In this document: piece after piece, positions 60,328-64,000 of the stretch
How the letters are laid out: each line of letters opens with the position of its first letter
Numbering within the stretch: position 1 is the stretch's first letter
Origin: an uncultured Gemmatimonadales bacterium
Lineage (GTDB): Bacteria > Gemmatimonadota > Gemmatimonadetes > Gemmatimonadales > Gemmatimonadaceae
Direction: 5' to 3'
Assembly: GCA_963793305.1 (NCBI GenBank)
Contig: CAWBZV010000003.1
Span: 640,001-704,000, forward strand
Length of the DNA stretch: 64,000 bases
The notes under the pieces: model-generated
Told to the model about the DNA's origin: nothing
Seen by the model: only the letters and a program-made list of their open reading frames with translations
Database searches by the model: none
Program-made: the position numbers and the translations under genes

Positions 60328-61161
60328 GTGAGCGCGACTCCCTCGCCAGTCTCGGGGCTACGCCGCGCGACGGGACCAGCGCATGTGGCCGCGCTCCTTC
60401 TACGGAAACCCGAGCGGGCGCACTTGGAGCGCTCCCTCAAATCTCGGGCGACGATCGCGTTCTGTGACCGTGTGGACTCGCTCATCCAGTTCGCGGAGGC
60501 CGGCCCGTTGTCGGCGGTCGTGACCGAGCTTCGTGACATCGATGGCGAGGTGACCGGCCAGACGATCGCGCAGATTCGGGAGCGGTTCCCGACGTTGCCG
60601 ATCGTGATCTTCGTGTCGCTCGAGGCTTCGGATGTCCACGAGCTGGCGCACGTGCCCGAGCTTCGGGCCACGGCGGTGGTGATCCGGGCGTACGACGACC
60701 TCGCGGCCGAGGTGCTGGCCGCGATTCGGACGGTGCCGGAGCACCCAGCCGAGGTGAAGATCCTGGATACGGTGCACCGGCATGCGCCGCGGGGGCTGGT
60801 CAACCTGTTCGACTTTCTTGCGCACGCGGCGGTCCATCCGATCACGGTCGAGCAAGCGTCGAAGGGAGTGAGGGTTCCCCGGCGGACCTTGGGTGATCAG
60901 CTCAAGCGGGCGAATCTCCCGCCGATGGAGCGGCTGATCGGGTGGATGCGGCTTCTCCACGCCGCGTGGAAGATGGACGGCCATGGCCGCACGGTGGACT
61001 CGGTCGCCAACGAGCTCCAGTTCAAGTCCGGGTCGGCGCTCCGGCACATGGTCAAGCGCTACACCGGTCGGACGCCATCCGAGATCTGGTCGCTGGGCGG
61101 GTTTGCCTACCTGCTCACCCAGTTCGAGCACTCGTTGTGGGGTCCCGCAAACGTGCAGTGA
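60328..61161 (+). CDS. AraC-type HTH regulator with degenerate receiver-like N-terminus
   Basis: TVEQAS..V.VPRRTL...L; W.RLLHAAW; TVDSVANELQF.SGSALRHMVKRYTG.TP. Start uncertain (60160-60384). Confidence 0.8.
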   Translation: MSATPSPVSGLRRATGPAHVAALLLRKPERAHLERSLKSRATIAFCDRVDSLIQFAEAGPLSAVVTELRDIDGEVTGQTIAQIRERFPTLPIVIFVSLEASDVHELAHVPELRATAVVIRAYDDLAAEVLAAIRTVPEHPAEVKILDTVHRHAPRGLVNLFDFLAHAAVHPITVEQASKGVRVPRRTLGDQLKRANLPPMERLIGWMRLLHAAWKMDGHGRTVDSVANELQFKSGSALRHMVKRYTGRTPSEIWSLGGFAYLLTQFEHSLWGPANVQ

Positions 61162-61368
61162 GTGTGACACAGATGTAAATCGCGGTAACAGTATTCAACG
61201 TGACATGGGCGGCGGACGTTTGCTCTCCTTTATTTGGGGGCAACGAACGCCGCTCAGACGTTTCTATGCATCTTCGTACTTGCGGCGTTGCAACGTTCGC
61301 CTATGATGTCCCCGGTCCGCTCGTGGCGTCCGCCATGAAGCCGGCCGAGTCGCCTTGCGGGGGCCACG

Positions 61369-62113
61369 ATGACGAGCGTCCAGCCAGCCCTGAATTGGAC
61401 CGGCGAGTGGTGGGTGCCAGCTGCTCCGGCTACGCCGAAGCCCGAACCATCCCAGCCGGAGTCTCCGCCACTGGCGGCTCAGACACATGACGACGCGTCG
61501 TTCGCGCCGCCGACGCCATGGCGGGCCGCGACGTACGAGGAGCGCAACGAGTGGGCGGGGAAGGTCGACTCGCTCGACATGATGGCGGCCCTCCGCGAGG
61601 GCGACGAAGACGCCTATGAGGCGCTCTTCCGCGAGTACTATCAGCAGCTCTGTCAGTTCGCGTACCGCTACGTGCGCTCGCCCGAAGCGTCCGAGGAAGT
61701 CGTGCAGGAGGTCTTGGGCGCGTTGTGGCTTCGTCGGGAAGAGATCGCGGTACGCGTGAGCATCAAGAGCTACCTGTACGGCGCGGTGCGATATCGCGCG
61801 TTGAATCTGGTCGCGCGCAACAAGGTCGAGGCCACGTGGCTCGCGCAGGCGTTGCAGAATGGCGCGCCGGCGCTGGCGACCGAGCGGGCCGCGGACGATC
61901 AGATCGTCCTCGACGAGCAGGTGTCGGCGCTCAAAGCCGCGGTGGGTGAGCTTCCGCCGAAGCGCCGCTCGGTGTTTGTATTGCGGTCGACGACGCAGAT
62001 GAGCTACGCGGAGATCGCCGAAGTACTTCAGAACGTTGGTCAAGAATGTCGAGGTACAGTTACGGCGTGCGACGCACTCTTTGCGAGCCGCACTCCCACA
62101 GCACGCGGACTAA
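61369..62113 (+). CDS. ECF sigma factor (FecI/ECF_Bact1-like); +1 frameshift near 62033
   Basis: GDEDAYEALFREYY, EEVVQEV...LW, SYLYGAVR, MSYAEIAEVL. Removing one base in CAGAACGTTGGTC gives VKNVEVQLRRA...HAD-stop (62113), the expected region 4.2. Confidence 0.85.
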
Positions 62114-62209
62114 TTGCTCAGTCGCTCATCCTGTAGGGTTCGCACGGGGTGGCCGGTCCGGGTTACGATTCGAGGGTTGCCCGACTGTGATCATCACCCC
62201 GGATAGTGA

Positions 62210-63286
62210 ATGGAGATTCCCAACGACATAGACTGGTCTCTGATCGCGAAATATCTGGCGGGTGAGGCGAGCCCCGCTGAGACCGAGCTCGTTCTTCGGT
62301 GGGCGGCGTCCGATCCCACGCATGCGAGCGAGCTCGAGGCGCTGAGGGGCGGCCGGCGCCAGCCTGATACGAGCGCCCAGAAACCACCACAGTTCGATGT
62401 TGATGCCGCGTGGGCGAAGACTCCGGTCGCTCGCGCACGCGCGTCGCGCGCCCGTCGCGCCCGTGTCCCGCGCCTGAGCGTTGAGACCCCGCGCCGGAAG
62501 CGTCCACGCGTTATCGCCGCGCTGTCGCTGCTCGCGGCCGCGGCGGTGCTGGTGATGGTCGCACCTCGCGCCTGGCGGACGTTCCAAGAACGTCAGTCGC
62601 GCCTGGCGCAGCGGCCGACCGATGATGACAAGATCTACGAAACACACAAGGGCGAACGTAGCAAGATCGAGCTCGCCGACGGCACGTCGATCGCGATGGC
62701 GGCCGACACGCGGCTCCGCGTGTCCTCACACTACGGTGAGTCACGCCGTGACGTGTTCCTGACAGGCGAAGCGCTCTTCAACGTCGTGCACGACGGCAAC
62801 AAGCCGTTCGCCGTTCACGTCGGTGATCTCGTCGCCCAAGACTTGGGCACCGAGTTCGGCGTGCGCGCCTACGCCGGCAAGAAGCTCCAGATTGTCGTCG
62901 CCAAGGGCGCCGTCTCACTCGGCGTCGACAAGAGCAAGCCGCGCTCTTCGTCGATCCCCGATGTCACGCCCGTCAAACTCTCCCCGGGCGACTTGGGCCA
63001 ACTCGACTCCACCGGCCAGATCCAACTCGAGCACGGCGTCAACGTCACGCGCTACCTGGGCTGGAGCGAGGGCCGCTTGCAGTACCAGCTCGCGCCGCTC
63101 GACGAGATCATCGCCGATCTCGACCGCTGGTACGATGTCGACATCCGCCTCGCGGACTCCTCGCTCAACACGACGCGCGTCACGATGTCGGTCACCGGCA
63201 AGTCGGTGGACGACGTCATGACCGTGCTCGCCGCGGCCCTCGCGCTGCACGTCGAGCGCAAGGGTCGAGTCATCCGGATGTATTAG
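62210..63286 (+). CDS. fecR: FecR-family anti-sigma/transmembrane sensor
   Basis: LIAKYLAGEAS; T.KGER..IELADGT; L.GEA.F.V.HD..KPF.V; DLGTEF; W..GRL; LDRWYDV.I. Confidence 0.9.
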   Translation: MEIPNDIDWSLIAKYLAGEASPAETELVLRWAASDPTHASELEALRGGRRQPDTSAQKPPQFDVDAAWAKTPVARARASRARRARVPRLSVETPRRKRPRVIAALSLLAAAAVLVMVAPRAWRTFQERQSRLAQRPTDDDKIYETHKGERSKIELADGTSIAMAADTRLRVSSHYGESRRDVFLTGEALFNVVHDGNKPFAVHVGDLVAQDLGTEFGVRAYAGKKLQIVVAKGAVSLGVDKSKPRSSSIPDVTPVKLSPGDLGQLDSTGQIQLEHGVNVTRYLGWSEGRLQYQLAPLDEIIADLDRWYDVDIRLADSSLNTTRVTMSVTGKSVDDVMTVLAAALALHVERKGRVIRMY

Positions 63287-64000
63287 CTCCGAGATGAACT
63301 GGCTCACGCCGTCTATCAGCGCGGGAACGACCGGCATGGTGGGATCCGTATAGGCGGGCAGCTGCTTGTCGAGATCGCCCGTGGGCACCGATTTCAGGAC
63401 GTGGTTCATGCCAGTGATGATCAGTCGCTGCGCCCCGGGCGCCGCGCGCGCCAGGATGTCGCCCTCCGCGACGGGCACCTGCACGTCACTCGTGCCGCTC
63501 ACGATCAGGATCGGGACGTTCAGTTGAGCGATTTCCTTCGCCGGGTCGATCGCGAATACCGACAGCAGGTAGTCCTGCACACTCGGCCGAAACAGCGGCA
63601 TGAGCAGCGGCTCGACATGCGCGACGTGATGTCCCGCGGCAAGCGTGTCCAACTCGGCCAGCGCCTCGGGTAAGAGTGTGCCGACGTTGCCCTCATTGAG
63701 TTGACCGCGCAGCACGTCTGCCGCGGGTCGTCCGGCGCCGGCGATCGAGACGAAGGCATTGGCGCCGGGCGGTCGCGCGGCCGCCATCATACCGGCGAGC
63801 GACCCTTCGCTATGCCCGATCACGATGACGCGGGAGAACCGCTGGTCCTTGCGGAGCAACGCGATCCATCCCGCGGCATCGTCCACGAGATCCGTGAACC
63901 GCAACTCTTCCTCGGAGGGCGCGGTCGTTCGGCTCTCGCCGACGCCGCGGCGATCGTAGCGCAGCGACGCGATACCATACAACGCGAGTCCCTCGGCCAG
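63283..64000 (-). CDS. Alpha/beta hydrolase, 5'-truncated by the window; 3' end uncertain
   Basis: RYDRRGVGES, GHSEGS nucleophile elbow, GTSDVQV, GMNHVLK. The ORF as given reads on to 62915 antisense to fecR, but the fold ends near 63290. Confidence 0.85.

Noticed and set aside
1..64000. Many long alternative-frame and antisense ORFs (e.g. 24345-26204, 29211-30899, 55434-57329, 5779-7032)
   Set aside because: Arg/Ala/Pro-rich shadow ORFs expected at high GC; they overlap well-supported genes and show no motifs.
1..64000. CRISPR array, tRNA, rRNA, IS/integrase or prophage
   Set aside because: No regularly spaced repeats, tRNA cloverleaf, rRNA-like tract or recombinase/transposase motifs seen by eye.

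Overview
GC-rich, gene-dense bacterial chromosomal window with about 55 CDS. I saw no rRNA, tRNA, CRISPR array, transposase or integrase. The gene content (TPR and Ser/Thr kinase proteins, PD40-propeller lipoproteins, ECF/zf-HC2 and FecI/FecR pairs, short type IV pilin) suggests Gemmatimonadota; this is an inference. Main blocks: (1) kinase-TolC-MFP-HNH run with no RND permease; (2) TetR-led ABC exporter; (3) ppk2, split dsbD and a ~8.7 kb cyclic beta-1,2-glucan synthase; (4) sigma54-type pilin and transketolase; (5) a co-oriented run of BlaI-type repressor, a secreted protein with two tandem pilin-head domains, and four paralogous Ig/beta-propeller lipoproteins; (6) a compact serine-cycle cluster (sgaA-mcl-mtkA-mtkB plus a 2-hydroxyacid reductase); (7) VIT-vWA/ECF/anti-sigma genes and a regulator cluster. 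Four otherwise intact genes carry a +1 frameshift, each at an ACGTT on the coding strand, which points to a motif-linked sequencing artefact (possibly DNA methylation) rather than true pseudogenes. All calls come from motif recognition by eye; no database searches were run.
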